NCBI GenBank assembly: GCA_040219065.1
Contig: JAVJTD010000031.1
Span: 32,236 to 96,235, forward strand
From: Planctomycetota bacterium
GTDB taxonomy: Bacteria; Planctomycetota; OFTM77
DNA: 64,000 bases
Reading direction: 5' to 3'
The translations under genes and the position numbers were made by a program. Positions 63,864 to 64,000 of the stretch are shown here, piece by piece. Below the pieces are notes generated by a model, which worked only from the letters and a program-made list of their open reading frames with translations, ran no database searches and had not been told where the DNA came from. How positions within the stretch are numbered: position 1 is the stretch's first letter; each line of letters opens with the position of its first letter.

Positions 63864-64000
63864 CAGGCCGTAGCACTCGATCTCGCTGAACGAGTCGAGA
63901 TCCGTACGCAGCTTGGAGAGGCATTTCTGAATGCCCGGATCGATCTGGAAGCCGCCCTCGTCGCCTGACTCCGCCGCAAGCGGAATCGTCGACTTGCGTT

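Overview
This is a high-GC (about 68%) bacterial chromosomal segment with dense coding on both strands. I could support the following:

- A complete olefin-biosynthesis-type oleABCD cluster (59..4684).
- A NupG-like nucleoside transporter (5305..6681), a sulfatase-family lipoprotein (7864..9861) and tRNA-Pro(UGG) (10062..10139).
- Downstream of the tRNA, a tandem array of three paralogous small two-gene cassettes (13124..15424) with a conserved roughly 80-nt leader element and a (GTCGAA)n microsatellite.
- A large FG-GAP repeat protein (15481..18021).
- A compact cluster of small-molecule-modifying enzymes (18329..25547): acyl-CoA dehydrogenase, two class-V PLP enzymes, a CYTH protein, a HAD phosphatase, a GNAT, a ceramidase-like membrane protein and Tam methyltransferase.
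- A 10-gene chemosensory cluster on the minus strand (25809..37205) with duplicated CheB and duplicated CheR plus CheX, CheY, an MCP, CheW and CheA.
- A Cys-rich secreted mini-protein beside an ECF-sigma/anti-sigma-like fusion (38738..41074) and a BlaI/BlaR1-like pair whose sensor carries RAPRIE-type tandem repeats.
- A PAP2/haloperoxidase-like lipoprotein (46367..47680).
- A MocR-type regulator divergent from a group II PLP decarboxylase (48810..51832).
- A giant 1544-aa protein combining FG-GAP, dehydrogenase-like propeller, HEAT and cytochrome c regions (52134..56768).
- A terminal block holding a TIR-domain gene remnant, an NDT-like/TPR protein, a 1276-aa coiled-coil lipoprotein and small lipoprotein and membrane genes (56985..63863).

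Two non-coding repeat families stand out. One is a roughly 240-nt structured element present twice, at 25559..25800 and 48596..48815. The other is an intergenic array of five copies of a roughly 25-nt core in mixed orientation at 51835..52135.

I found no rRNA, CRISPR, integrase or transposase. Many long antisense shadow ORFs are present and were rejected.
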